A stretch of DNA of 45,195 nucleotides from Nitrospirae bacterium RBG_16_43_11. Its GTDB lineage: Bacteria; Nitrospirota; 9FT-COMBO-42-15; HDB-SIOI813. This document shows, piece after piece, positions 19,564-28,256 of this stretch (positions within the stretch are counted from its first letter, which is position 1; every line of letters starts with the position of its first letter). The stretch spans positions 1 through 45,195 of the forward strand of contig MHEI01000088.1 in the NCBI GenBank assembly GCA_001805165.1. The letters run 5' to 3'. The notes under the pieces were generated by a model that saw only the letters and a list, made by a program, of their open reading frames with translations, was not told the DNA's origin and searched no databases. The translations under genes were made by a program, and so were the position numbers.

Positions 19564-20493
19564 ATGACGGCTTTAAATAAGAAAATCCTCAGTATTGCTA
19601 TATTGTTAATAATTGTATATTTCTTTGGCAGGGTCATTGACAGGGAATGGGGTAAGATATCAGGGTATAACTGGTCTCCTCATCTGTCATGGCTTCTATT
19701 ATCCATATTAATCTTGTTTATTGTTTACTTAATGGCTGCTTTTGGATGGACATTGGTTTTATGGATGATAGGGGGAAGGATAGGATGGGTCAGAGGATTT
19801 TATATCTTTCTGCTCTCTATCTTCGGACGATATATCCCCGGCGGTGTATGGTCAGTCCTTGGAAGGGTATATCTATGCAGGCTTGAGGGGATACCCGATT
19901 CAAGGTCAAGTATGAGTATTCTGCTGGAGCAGGCCTATCCTATTGTATCAGCCAGCATTGTGTTTGCCGCCTCACTCCTTTTCTGGAGTGATACACGCAT
20001 TGTAGCGAGGATGCTCCCGTTACTCATTTTACTGCCGACGTCTTTTGTATTTCTTCATCCAAAACCGTTTCTCAGCATAGTGAATCCCATTCTGACACGA
20101 TTTGGCAGAGGCCCTCTCGACATTTCCCTCACTTTTAACAATATGATCATCCTCACGTTTTACTATTTATTTTACTGGATAGTTGCAGGTATTGCCTTTT
20201 ACTTTTTCATAAGGGCGTTTTTCCCATTGGAACTATACTATATTCCAATTCTTAGCGGGATATATGCGATTTCATTTACTGCAGGGTATCTTAGTTTTTT
20301 CACACCTGCAGGCTTGGGTGTACGGGAAGGTATTCTCACCCTTCTTCTGAGCCTTTTTATCCCCACACCTGTTGCAATCGGGGTAACACTTCTATCAAGA
20401 TTATGGCTTATAGGGGTTGAATTGATTATACTAACAGTCTTTCTTATAAATGCTAAGACACGTAAGATGGCAAAGACTGCACTGGGATGGTGA
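19564..20493 (+). CDS. Lysylphosphatidylglycerol synthase TM-region / UPF0104 flippase-like membrane protein
   Basis: Polytopic; GRYIPGGVW and PAGLGVREG motifs, LLSRLW. Confidence 0.82.
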   Translation: MTALNKKILSIAILLIIVYFFGRVIDREWGKISGYNWSPHLSWLLLSILILFIVYLMAAFGWTLVLWMIGGRIGWVRGFYIFLLSIFGRYIPGGVWSVLGRVYLCRLEGIPDSRSSMSILLEQAYPIVSASIVFAASLLFWSDTRIVARMLPLLILLPTSFVFLHPKPFLSIVNPILTRFGRGPLDISLTFNNMIILTFYYLFYWIVAGIAFYFFIRAFFPLELYYIPILSGIYAISFTAGYLSFFTPAGLGVREGILTLLLSLFIPTPVAIGVTLLSRLWLIGVELIILTVFLINAKTRKMAKTALGW

Positions 20494-20570
20494 AATTAAT
20501 CTTTGTAATACCCTACTTCCAGGAGTAAGTGCCAAAATAACAAACCTGCAATATTAAGTTTATTCCTGCT

Positions 20571-21458
20571 TCAATGTTTATGTTTGTGTTCCGGTTCTTC
20601 TGTCCGGTCTAATCTCAACTGAGCTATCTGTTCGGCAATCAGCGTCATCATAAAGATGATAACACCATTGCCTATAAGCAATGCAGACATGTTTGTAAAT
20701 CTGTGCATCGTTATAAACGTATAGATATAATATCCTATCCCTGCAGTAAAAAATGCAGCACTTACCGGAAGGAAGACCCTCGATGGCGAGAAAAGTGTGG
20801 CTATCTTCAGCATGATCATAAAGAATCTCACGCCATCCTTCAGAAGCTTTATCTTGCTCTTTCCTTCCCGCTTTCTTGCCACAATAGGTACAAAGGTAAC
20901 GTTGTGGCCTGACCTGATTAAAGAAAGGGTAAGTGTGGATGGATAAGAAAAGGTATTGGGGAGAAGGTATATAAACCTTTTCGCGATCTCGCCTTTAATT
21001 GCCCTGAAACCAGAAGTAAGGTCCAGTATATCTTTTTTAGTAAGATAGGAAGCAAACCTGTTATAAATTGAATTGGCAATATCCCTGTGAACAGATGTCT
21101 CAGACTCCCTTGTCCTTGCCCCTATCACCATGTCATAGGGACCAAGCTGTTCAAGAAGTCTCGGTATATCTTCAGGCTTATGCTGACCATCAGCATCCAT
21201 AAGCACGATTATATCCCCGGTTGCAGCACGGAGCCCGCTCTTTACCGCAGCCCCATTACCAAGATTATATGGGTGGCTTACGACAGTTGCCCCTGCCTCA
21301 CGTGCCACCTTCTCCGTACTGTCTTTGGAACCATCATTTACAACTACTATCTCACATGACCCGCCCAATACATCCCGTACCCCTTTAATGACCTTGCCGA
21401 TGCCCTTTTCCTCATTCATTGCCGGGATAACTACTGATATGGTTTGCTCAGAATTCAT
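20571..21458 (-). CDS. GT2, DPM-like polyprenyl-phosphate glycosyltransferase with two C-terminal TM helices
   Basis: SVVIPAMNEE, VNDGSKD, NLGNGAAVKSG, MDADGQH, DLTSGFR, R.GKSKI; C-terminal hydrophobic hairpin. Confidence 0.88.
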   Translation of the reverse strand: MNSEQTISVVIPAMNEEKGIGKVIKGVRDVLGGSCEIVVVNDGSKDSTEKVAREAGATVVSHPYNLGNGAAVKSGLRAATGDIIVLMDADGQHKPEDIPRLLEQLGPYDMVIGARTRESETSVHRDIANSIYNRFASYLTKKDILDLTSGFRAIKGEIAKRFIYLLPNTFSYPSTLTLSLIRSGHNVTFVPIVARKREGKSKIKLLKDGVRFFMIMLKIATLFSPSRVFLPVSAAFFTAGIGYYIYTFITMHRFTNMSALLIGNGVIIFMMTLIAEQIAQLRLDRTEEPEHKHKH

Positions 21459-21468
21459 AAGAGTTTTT

Positions 21469-21497
21469 ATGTTAACCTATATTCTAATAAAGGTCAA
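21469..21497 (-). promoter_or_regulatory. Putative sigma-70 promoter for the GT2 at 20571-21458
   Basis: Minus strand TTGACC-N17-TAACAT; the -10 box ends 10 nt before the ATG and there is no Shine-Dalgarno sequence. Confidence 0.45.
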
Positions 21498-21558
21498 TTT
21501 TGCAAAATGTGCATGCATCTGCAGAATCTTCTTGCCATCTTTTTAAAAATCTTCAAAG

Positions 21559-21574
21559 TGGTATATCTATTGCA
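21559..21574 (+). promoter_or_regulatory. Putative sigma-54 (-24/-12) promoter upstream of the NHL lipoprotein
   Basis: TGGTATATCTATTGCA: GG-N10-GC spacing, matches TGGYAY-N5-TTGCW. Confidence 0.6.
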
Positions 21575-21589
21575 TATAAATATGTATTG

Positions 21590-24500
21590 ATGTTAAAACA
21601 TCATGGTGTGAGACCCCGCTTAACCTATCTATTAGTAGTATGCCTGTTTATTTCTATCCTTACAGGCTGCAGTAGTGAGTATAATACTATTGGCCCAACA
21701 TTAGAAGGGAAAGAAAGCATAACCGGTGGGACAATGTTATTACTGGCTGGCAGGCCAGGAGGCGTAGGTACCTCTGATGCTATAGGCACACTTGCAAGAT
21801 TTAATTCACCCCGTGGAATTGCGGTTTATGGAGATACCCTCTATGTTACTGACAAAAGCAATCACACAATTCGAAAAATAGATTTATACACTAAATCCGT
21901 AACAACGATTGCAGGTTATCCTGGCAGACCGGGAGTTAATGACGGTATTGGCAGTAACGCCAGATTTTATTTCCCTGAGGGCATTGCTACTGACGGTGTT
22001 TATCTATATGTGGCTGATACCGGAAACCAAGCTATACGTAAGATAGAAATAGATAGTGGCAGCGTTGTCACACTTGCCGGTAAGCGTGGGCAGGCTGGTT
22101 TTATGGACGGAACTGGCACGAATGCCATGTTCAGAGTACCATCCGGTATAACAATGATGGACAATTTGCTCTATGTAGCAGATACAGACAATCATATTAT
22201 AAGGCGGGTCAATAAAAATAGCGGTGAAACAGTTACTGTAGCAGGTACTGCTTCTACAGCAGGTAACACAGACGGTACTGGTGTCTCTGCCCTCTTTTAC
22301 TATCCTTTTGGAATCACCAATGATGGGAATTATTTATTCATTGCTGATACATTTAACCACACTATAAGAAGGTTGAATGCTCAGACCGGAGAGGTTATTA
22401 CCCTGGCCGGCAAAGTTGGGGAAAGAGGTTTTGCGAATGGACTGCTTTCGGATGCAAGCTTTTCTTATCCATCAGGCCTGATAATAAAATCAGGAGAACT
22501 ATTTGTTTCTGAGTTGGGGAATGATGTGATCAGGGCAGTAGATTTGTCTCAGGGTATGGTTAATACAATTGCCGGTACTCCGCAAGTCTCGGGAACTTCA
22601 GACGGTCCCCCGGGGATTGGTAAGTTTAACAGTCCAGCTGACTTGATTATCGTAGGTGACAATCTGTATGTTACTGACATGGATAACAACACGATACGAA
22701 GTGTCAATGTTTCTAACGGAGAGCTGATAACTATAGCAGGGTCTCCATCGTATACAGGGGCTACAGATGAGACTGGCGGGAACAGCAGATTTAGCACACC
22801 GGGTGGTATAGCAATGGATGGAGGTGTCCTATATGTAGCAGATACCTTTAATCATACTATACGAAAGGTAGATGCAGAGACAGGGGCGGTAACTACAATT
22901 GCAGGCAGAGCCGGGGTATCCGGCACTACTGATAGTTCAGAGAGTGCCGCTGTATTTAATTCACCCACGGATGTGATAGCGGATGCGAGTGGTGAGTTTA
23001 TTTATATAGTAGATACAGATAATCATGTTATAAGGAGTATGAACATTGCTACCGGTGAAGTGCGCACATTTGCCGGATATCCCGGTACGTCCGGGACAGC
23101 GGATGGAATTGGGACAGTGGCGAGGTTTAATTCGCCGCGTCGGGGTGTGAGGATAGGAGATAAATTATATATCGTTGATACAGGGAATCATGTAATACGC
23201 GTAATTGATCTTCTTACAAAGGAGGTAGCAATTCTGGCAGGGGAGAAGGGTGTGACAGGCTGGATAGATACAGATGAAAGCACTTCCGGAGTTGCCCGGT
23301 TTAACAGCCCCGGAGATGTAGCAACTGACGGGGACTTCCTATATGTAGCGGATACAGGTAATCATGTTATAAGAAAGATAGACCTGTATAACGGTGTCGT
23401 TGAGACCATTGCAGGAATCCGCGGAGGTTCAGGTCTTGTGGATAGCGTTAATGGTTCTCCTTTGTTTAAATTGCCCGAGGGTATTACCTGGCATAATGGA
23501 ATCCTTTATGTCTCAGACACTGGTAACCATATAATGAGAAAGGTAGACCTTGCCACAGGGGAGGTATCTTTTTTGGCTGGAGACGTGTTTTGTACAGAGG
23601 AGACAGAGGTTATAAATGATGTAAGCACAATAAATAAGAGTTGCAATGGTCAACCCACAGGCACAAGTGCTTTTGGTGATTCGACTGACGGAACTGGCAA
23701 AACCACATCTTTTAATGCCCCTTCAGGAGTTAATACAGACGGTGTCTATCTCTATGTAATGGACTCAGGAACTAACAGGATCAGGAGGGTAAATAAGGAT
23801 ACAGGAGAGACACAGACCTTTTCGTATTCAAGGCATAAGGGTGTTCCCTTGAATTTTCCGTCGGGTGGTGATTTGGCTGGTGATGTCCTATATATTGCGG
23901 ATAAAGGTAATCACATAGTACGTAAATTAGAGATTAATGATCTTAGCAGCGCTCCTTTGATCCTGATAGCAGGCAATCTTGGGGTAAGCGGCTATGGTTA
24001 TAGCGCCGGATATTCGGCCAGCTTCTATAACCCTGTTGGTATTACTGCTGATGGCATGGGGAATCTGTATGTGGCTGATACAGGAAATCATACTATCAGA
24101 AAAGTAGTGATATCTACCGGCGAAGTAACTACAGTTGCAGGTATACCGGCAAGGCCGGGATTTATGAATAGTGAATTTGGTAATCCCATGTTTAACTATC
24201 CAAGAGGCATCTGTATTATTGGGAACCATCTGTATGTGGCGGACTCCGGAAGCCATCTTGTGCGCAGAGTCAATCTTTCCACAGGATATGTGGGGCTTGT
24301 AGCCGGTTTGAGTGATTACGTCTTGAACATAGGTTCTCCGGGAACCTCAGACAGTACAGGGGCAGCAGCAGGGTTTAGTGACCCGAGGGGTATTACCACA
24401 GATGGCAAATATCTTTATGTCACAGATAGTGGTAATCATACTATAAGGAGGATCCTGGCAGCCACCGGTCAGGTAAGGACGATTGCAGGTATGCCTGGAG

Positions 24501-24799
24501 AAGCAGGTTATGTTGACGATGTCAGCTTTGATGCAAGATTTAATTATCCGAGGGGAATCACTGTTGATGGAGATTATCTGTATGTGGCGGATACGGGGAA
24601 CAATGTGTTCCGTAGGGTGAATAAGTATACCGGAGAGGTTCTTACATTGTCAGGCAAGAAGGGAGAATCTTCTTTTATACAGGGTACAAGGGAAGATGCC
24701 AGATACAACAATGTGGTAAGCGTTACGACTGTACCGGAGACGCCATATTTATACTTTACCGATAGTGCTGAAAATGTAGTTGGGAAGATTGAAAAATAG
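21590..24799 (+). CDS. NHL-repeat (teneurin-like) beta-propeller lipoprotein, 18 repeats
   Basis: Signal peptide with lipobox ILTG|C, then 18 hand-counted F..P.GI...G..LYV.D..N..IR.I repeats. Start uncertain (ATG 21590 or GTG 21608). Confidence 0.85.
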   Translation: MLKHHGVRPRLTYLLVVCLFISILTGCSSEYNTIGPTLEGKESITGGTMLLLAGRPGGVGTSDAIGTLARFNSPRGIAVYGDTLYVTDKSNHTIRKIDLYTKSVTTIAGYPGRPGVNDGIGSNARFYFPEGIATDGVYLYVADTGNQAIRKIEIDSGSVVTLAGKRGQAGFMDGTGTNAMFRVPSGITMMDNLLYVADTDNHIIRRVNKNSGETVTVAGTASTAGNTDGTGVSALFYYPFGITNDGNYLFIADTFNHTIRRLNAQTGEVITLAGKVGERGFANGLLSDASFSYPSGLIIKSGELFVSELGNDVIRAVDLSQGMVNTIAGTPQVSGTSDGPPGIGKFNSPADLIIVGDNLYVTDMDNNTIRSVNVSNGELITIAGSPSYTGATDETGGNSRFSTPGGIAMDGGVLYVADTFNHTIRKVDAETGAVTTIAGRAGVSGTTDSSESAAVFNSPTDVIADASGEFIYIVDTDNHVIRSMNIATGEVRTFAGYPGTSGTADGIGTVARFNSPRRGVRIGDKLYIVDTGNHVIRVIDLLTKEVAILAGEKGVTGWIDTDESTSGVARFNSPGDVATDGDFLYVADTGNHVIRKIDLYNGVVETIAGIRGGSGLVDSVNGSPLFKLPEGITWHNGILYVSDTGNHIMRKVDLATGEVSFLAGDVFCTEETEVINDVSTINKSCNGQPTGTSAFGDSTDGTGKTTSFNAPSGVNTDGVYLYVMDSGTNRIRRVNKDTGETQTFSYSRHKGVPLNFPSGGDLAGDVLYIADKGNHIVRKLEINDLSSAPLILIAGNLGVSGYGYSAGYSASFYNPVGITADGMGNLYVADTGNHTIRKVVISTGEVTTVAGIPARPGFMNSEFGNPMFNYPRGICIIGNHLYVADSGSHLVRRVNLSTGYVGLVAGLSDYVLNIGSPGTSDSTGAAAGFSDPRGITTDGKYLYVTDSGNHTIRRILAATGQVRTIAGMPGEAGYVDDVSFDARFNYPRGITVDGDYLYVADTGNNVFRRVNKYTGEVLTLSGKKGESSFIQGTREDARYNNVVSVTTVPETPYLYFTDSAENVVGKIEK

Positions 24800-24819
24800 C
24801 TTGTAATATAGAAGGTTGT

Positions 24820-24850
24820 TGGTATATTTATGGCTGGTATATTTATTGCT
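24820..24850 (+). promoter_or_regulatory. Tandemly duplicated putative sigma-54 promoter upstream of the EPS export operon
   Basis: TGGTATATTTATGGC (24820-24834) directly followed by TGGTATATTTATTGCT (24835-24850); both have GG-N10-GC and the second is consensus-like. Confidence 0.65.
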
Positions 24851-24885
24851 TAATTATATAGAAGGTTGCATTTAGTCTGAATTCC

Positions 24886-26082
24886 ATGGGCGGCAGCATA
24901 TCCTTTTCCCGTACATTACGTCCTTTCCGTGCATTACAAATGCATGGTTTGATTCTTCTGTTTTTATCCCTTATGCCTTCTATGGCAAGGGCAGAGGACG
25001 GTATCCATATCAAATCCATGCTCATACCGTATGTTACAATAGAGACGGTTCAAAGTGATAATATATATTTTACACCGGACTTGAAACAAAGTGGTTACAG
25101 TGTCACTACTGCCCCTGGTATTAAACTGGAACTACCGTTAAACAGACATATGCTTTCTCTGGATTACGACACTGAAATGACAAGATATGTTGACTTCAGT
25201 AGTGAGAATACCACGGACCATCATTTCAAGGGACAAATTGACCTCAAATTCGGCAACCTTGCAGGGATGCAGCTGCAAAGCACACACATGAATGATCATG
25301 AGCCGAGAAGCTCATCACATACAGGCATAATTGAAAAATATGAAAGCGATGCTTTTACAGCTTCTTTTTCATATCAACTTGCAGATGTGTCAAAAGTTCA
25401 GTTGGATTATGCAACTACTGAATGGGATTTTAGATCAAGCAGTTTCAGGGAAAGGAATGAGATTCTGATATCCGGTTATATATATTACAGGGTGTTACCG
25501 AAGACATCTGCCTTTATGGAATATGACCGCAGGAATATAGATTATGATACATTTTCAAATTTCACAGATAATAAATCAGATAGCGCCCTCCTGGGTCTTA
25601 AGTGGGGGATTAATGAGAGATCGCAGGGAGTGATAAAGGGCGGATATGCATGGAAGGATTTTGATTCAGCTTCTAAGGAAGACTATGACACATGGACATT
25701 ATCAGTAGATTTGAGCCACAGGTTTACTGATTATACAGCCTTATCACTGGTGAATAAGAGGATCGTAAAAGAGGCAACCATACAGGGTGCAGACCTTATC
25801 CTGAGCTCTGAAAGCCATGCAAATTTTACTCACAGGTTTTATACAAGAATTGATGCTGTTCTTCAAGGATATTATAGTAAGAATAATTTTCTTGATGTCA
25901 GCAGCGGTGATAAAGAAATCAGAGAGGACAGAATAATTGCCGTAGGTGCAGGCGTGAAATATTATTTTAATGATTTGATGTCGCTTTTACTTGATTATGA
26001 ACACAGGGAGAGGAACTCAAGTGACAACAGCAATGACTATGATAATAATTCCTATATATTAAGCTTAAGATTTGAATTATAA
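24886..26082 (+). CDS. Outer-membrane beta-barrel protein, EPS-export associated (BBP2/EpsL/EpsX-like)
   Basis: Signal peptide (MARA|ED), DNIY and APGI motifs, alternating beta-strand pattern, C-terminal YEH.ER.S...DY..N..LSLRFEL; upstream of OPX/Wzc. Start could be 24940. Confidence 0.8.
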   Translation: MGGSISFSRTLRPFRALQMHGLILLFLSLMPSMARAEDGIHIKSMLIPYVTIETVQSDNIYFTPDLKQSGYSVTTAPGIKLELPLNRHMLSLDYDTEMTRYVDFSSENTTDHHFKGQIDLKFGNLAGMQLQSTHMNDHEPRSSSHTGIIEKYESDAFTASFSYQLADVSKVQLDYATTEWDFRSSSFRERNEILISGYIYYRVLPKTSAFMEYDRRNIDYDTFSNFTDNKSDSALLGLKWGINERSQGVIKGGYAWKDFDSASKEDYDTWTLSVDLSHRFTDYTALSLVNKRIVKEATIQGADLILSSESHANFTHRFYTRIDAVLQGYYSKNNFLDVSSGDKEIREDRIIAVGAGVKYYFNDLMSLLLDYEHRERNSSDNSNDYDNNSYILSLRFEL

Positions 26083-26132
26083 TTAGTGCTTGTATCATTT
26101 TTATTAACACATGTTACAGGAGGTATCTGACT

Positions 26133-26762
26133 ATGGTAAATAAAAAAATATATTGTCTTGTTACCTGCATTGTGATTGCGGCAGTATTTTCTTTAAACAC
26201 CGCATGGGCAGGAGATGCTAAAAAAACATCTTACAAAATGATAGAACGGGATGTCGCCGCTAAAGTGCCTGTACATGATATTATCAAACATGCCGTTGAT
26301 TCCGGTATGGATATCGGCAGTGTCGTTGATGCCCTTATAAAGAGCGGAACCGATGCATCATCTGTCGTGTATACTTCAATTACAGAGGGCTATCCAGCAG
26401 TTGATGTTGTCAGATCGGCTGTAGAGGCGGATTCTCCGCTGAGTACTGTAGTCAATTCTGCAATTAACGGAGGTGCGGATACGGAGATGGTTGCCAAAGG
26501 GGCACTTAAGGCCGGGGAATCTCCTTCAGCAGTTGCAACTGAAATCTCTGCCGCTACAGCGCCACAGTCTCCTGTATTCAGTTCATCGCCATTCTCTGGC
26601 CGGAAACATAGCGCCAAACAAAAAAATAGCGATGATGACTCGGATTCTATATCAGGAAGTAACAGCTTGGATACTGCTATAAGTATGGATTTGGAGAAGG
26701 AAAAACCTCCGCATGATGATCGGGGTAATCATTATGGCACTATACATAAACCGCAAAAATAG
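26133..26762 (+). CDS. Secreted hypothetical protein with seven 14-aa helical repeats and an S/D-rich tail
   Basis: AGGAGG RBS; signal peptide AWA|G; repeats such as MDIGSVVDALIKSG and TDASSVVYTSITEG. Confidence 0.7.
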   Translation: MVNKKIYCLVTCIVIAAVFSLNTAWAGDAKKTSYKMIERDVAAKVPVHDIIKHAVDSGMDIGSVVDALIKSGTDASSVVYTSITEGYPAVDVVRSAVEADSPLSTVVNSAINGGADTEMVAKGALKAGESPSAVATEISAATAPQSPVFSSSPFSGRKHSAKQKNSDDDSDSISGSNSLDTAISMDLEKEKPPHDDRGNHYGTIHKPQK

Positions 26763-26776
26763 TTAATTGATATTGT

Positions 26777-27433
26777 ATGTCAGGCATCATAATTCGATGG
26801 TCGTATCTTAAAACAGTTATTCTGATATTGGCCATTCTGCTGCTTCTTGTTGATAGTCCGGCAGCATTATACATGCCGGTGGGTAACATCACTGGTCTAT
26901 CTGGAAATGTGGTTGTGAATAAACCAGGTAATGAAAAGCCAGTTGGTCTCAGGAAGGAAGATGCAGTCTTTATCGGGGACATTTTAAGAACAGGCAGGAA
27001 ATCACGTGTACAAGTGACGTTTATTGATGATAACTTTGTGAACGTCTCATCTGAGAGTTCTATAATGGTAAATCAATATATCTTTGACAGGGAGAGAAAG
27101 AGGAGAAAGGTTATTGTAAAGTTGCTGGAAGGGGGGGTGAGGTTTATTCTTTATAAGAAATACAGCAATTCTTCCTTTGCAGTTGAGGCAGGTAATGCCT
27201 CAATTACAGGTAATATAGCGGACTTTACTGTAAAGGTTTCACCGCATGAGACAGAGGTAATTGTGCTTGACGGATTTGTTAATGTAAAAAACATATCCTC
27301 TATGGTTGTAGGTGAGATTCGGTTGGGCATTAATCAGAAAACTGCAGTCAAAGAGAAAAATCCACCATCTGAACCTGAGATAGTAACATCACAACAAAGG
27401 AATGCATGGATAGAGGAGACTAACGTACATTGA
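26777..27433 (+). CDS. FecR domain-containing periplasmic protein
   Basis: N-terminal hydrophobic helix; VG.I..L.GNV, GDILRTG..SR...F.D, L.EG..R, V.VL.G.V pattern. Confidence 0.78.
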   Translation: MSGIIIRWSYLKTVILILAILLLLVDSPAALYMPVGNITGLSGNVVVNKPGNEKPVGLRKEDAVFIGDILRTGRKSRVQVTFIDDNFVNVSSESSIMVNQYIFDRERKRRKVIVKLLEGGVRFILYKKYSNSSFAVEAGNASITGNIADFTVKVSPHETEVIVLDGFVNVKNISSMVVGEIRLGINQKTAVKEKNPPSEPEIVTSQQRNAWIEETNVH

Positions 27434-27435
27434 GA

Positions 27436-28242
27436 ATGAGAAAAAATGTTCTATTCGTTATTAGTATAATACTTATATGCTTATACGCTGTTATTCCGGC
27501 CGATTGCCAGGAATACATTATCGGCGAGGGTGATCTGCTCAGGATAACAGTATATGACCATCCTGATCTTACTACTGAGACAAGGGTCAGTGGAGAAGGT
27601 CAGGTTAACTTTCCCCTTATTGGTGAGGTTATTGTAAATGGACTAACCGGCCAGGAGATAGAGAAAAAGATAGTCCAGCTTCTCAAAGGTGACTATATTA
27701 AAGATCCTCATGTCTCTGTCTTTATTATGGAATATAAAAGCAAGAAGGTGACAGTCCTTGGTGAGTTTACAAAACCAGGTCTGGTGATGTTGAGAGGGGA
27801 TTCAACATTGCTTGAGGTGATATCAAATGCAGGCGGCATTACACCTAATGCAGGCGAGAAACTTTATATACAGCGGAAGATTGTAAAAGGTGGTAGTGAC
27901 AGGAATGCTGATATAACAGTAGTGATTAATTTGAAGAAGCTCCTTGAAGAAGGTGACATCACCGCGAATACTGATGTGGAAGATGGAGATAGTATATATG
28001 TGCCGCGGGCATCATTTGTGTATGTCACAGGTGAAGTAAAGAGCCCCGGGGCATATAAGATTACAGAGAATCTGACTGTGTTAAAGACTATTACTCTTGC
28101 CGGCGGACTTACCCAGAAGGCAGGGCAGGGTAAGATTAAGATTGTGCGCAAGACTGACAATGGAGAGGTTACGATTAAGGTCAGGATGGATGATCTGGTT
28201 ATGCCGGATGATGTACTGATGGTGCCGGAAAGTATTTTTTGA
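27436..28242 (+). CDS. Polysaccharide export (OPX/Wza-family) protein, Poly_export + 2 SLBB, short form
   Basis: YIIGEGD.L.ITVY..PDL, G.V.FPLIGEV, VTVLGE..KPG, VYVTGEVKSPG, LAGG; ends VPESIF with no C-terminal OM helix. Confidence 0.9.
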   Translation: MRKNVLFVISIILICLYAVIPADCQEYIIGEGDLLRITVYDHPDLTTETRVSGEGQVNFPLIGEVIVNGLTGQEIEKKIVQLLKGDYIKDPHVSVFIMEYKSKKVTVLGEFTKPGLVMLRGDSTLLEVISNAGGITPNAGEKLYIQRKIVKGGSDRNADITVVINLKKLLEEGDITANTDVEDGDSIYVPRASFVYVTGEVKSPGAYKITENLTVLKTITLAGGLTQKAGQGKIKIVRKTDNGEVTIKVRMDDLVMPDDVLMVPESIF

Positions 28243-28256
28243 GGGAGGGTTTATAA

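Noticed and set aside
20494..20570. Intrinsic terminator between convergent genes
   Set aside because: Only a weak imperfect stem (TACTTCC-A-GGAGTA) with no U-tract.
21797..24796. Recurring DNA motifs (e.g. TATGTGGCTGATAC) suggesting a CRISPR or tandem DNA array
   Set aside because: They are degenerate, in frame and explained by NHL protein repeats; no identical repeats with unique spacers and no cas genes.
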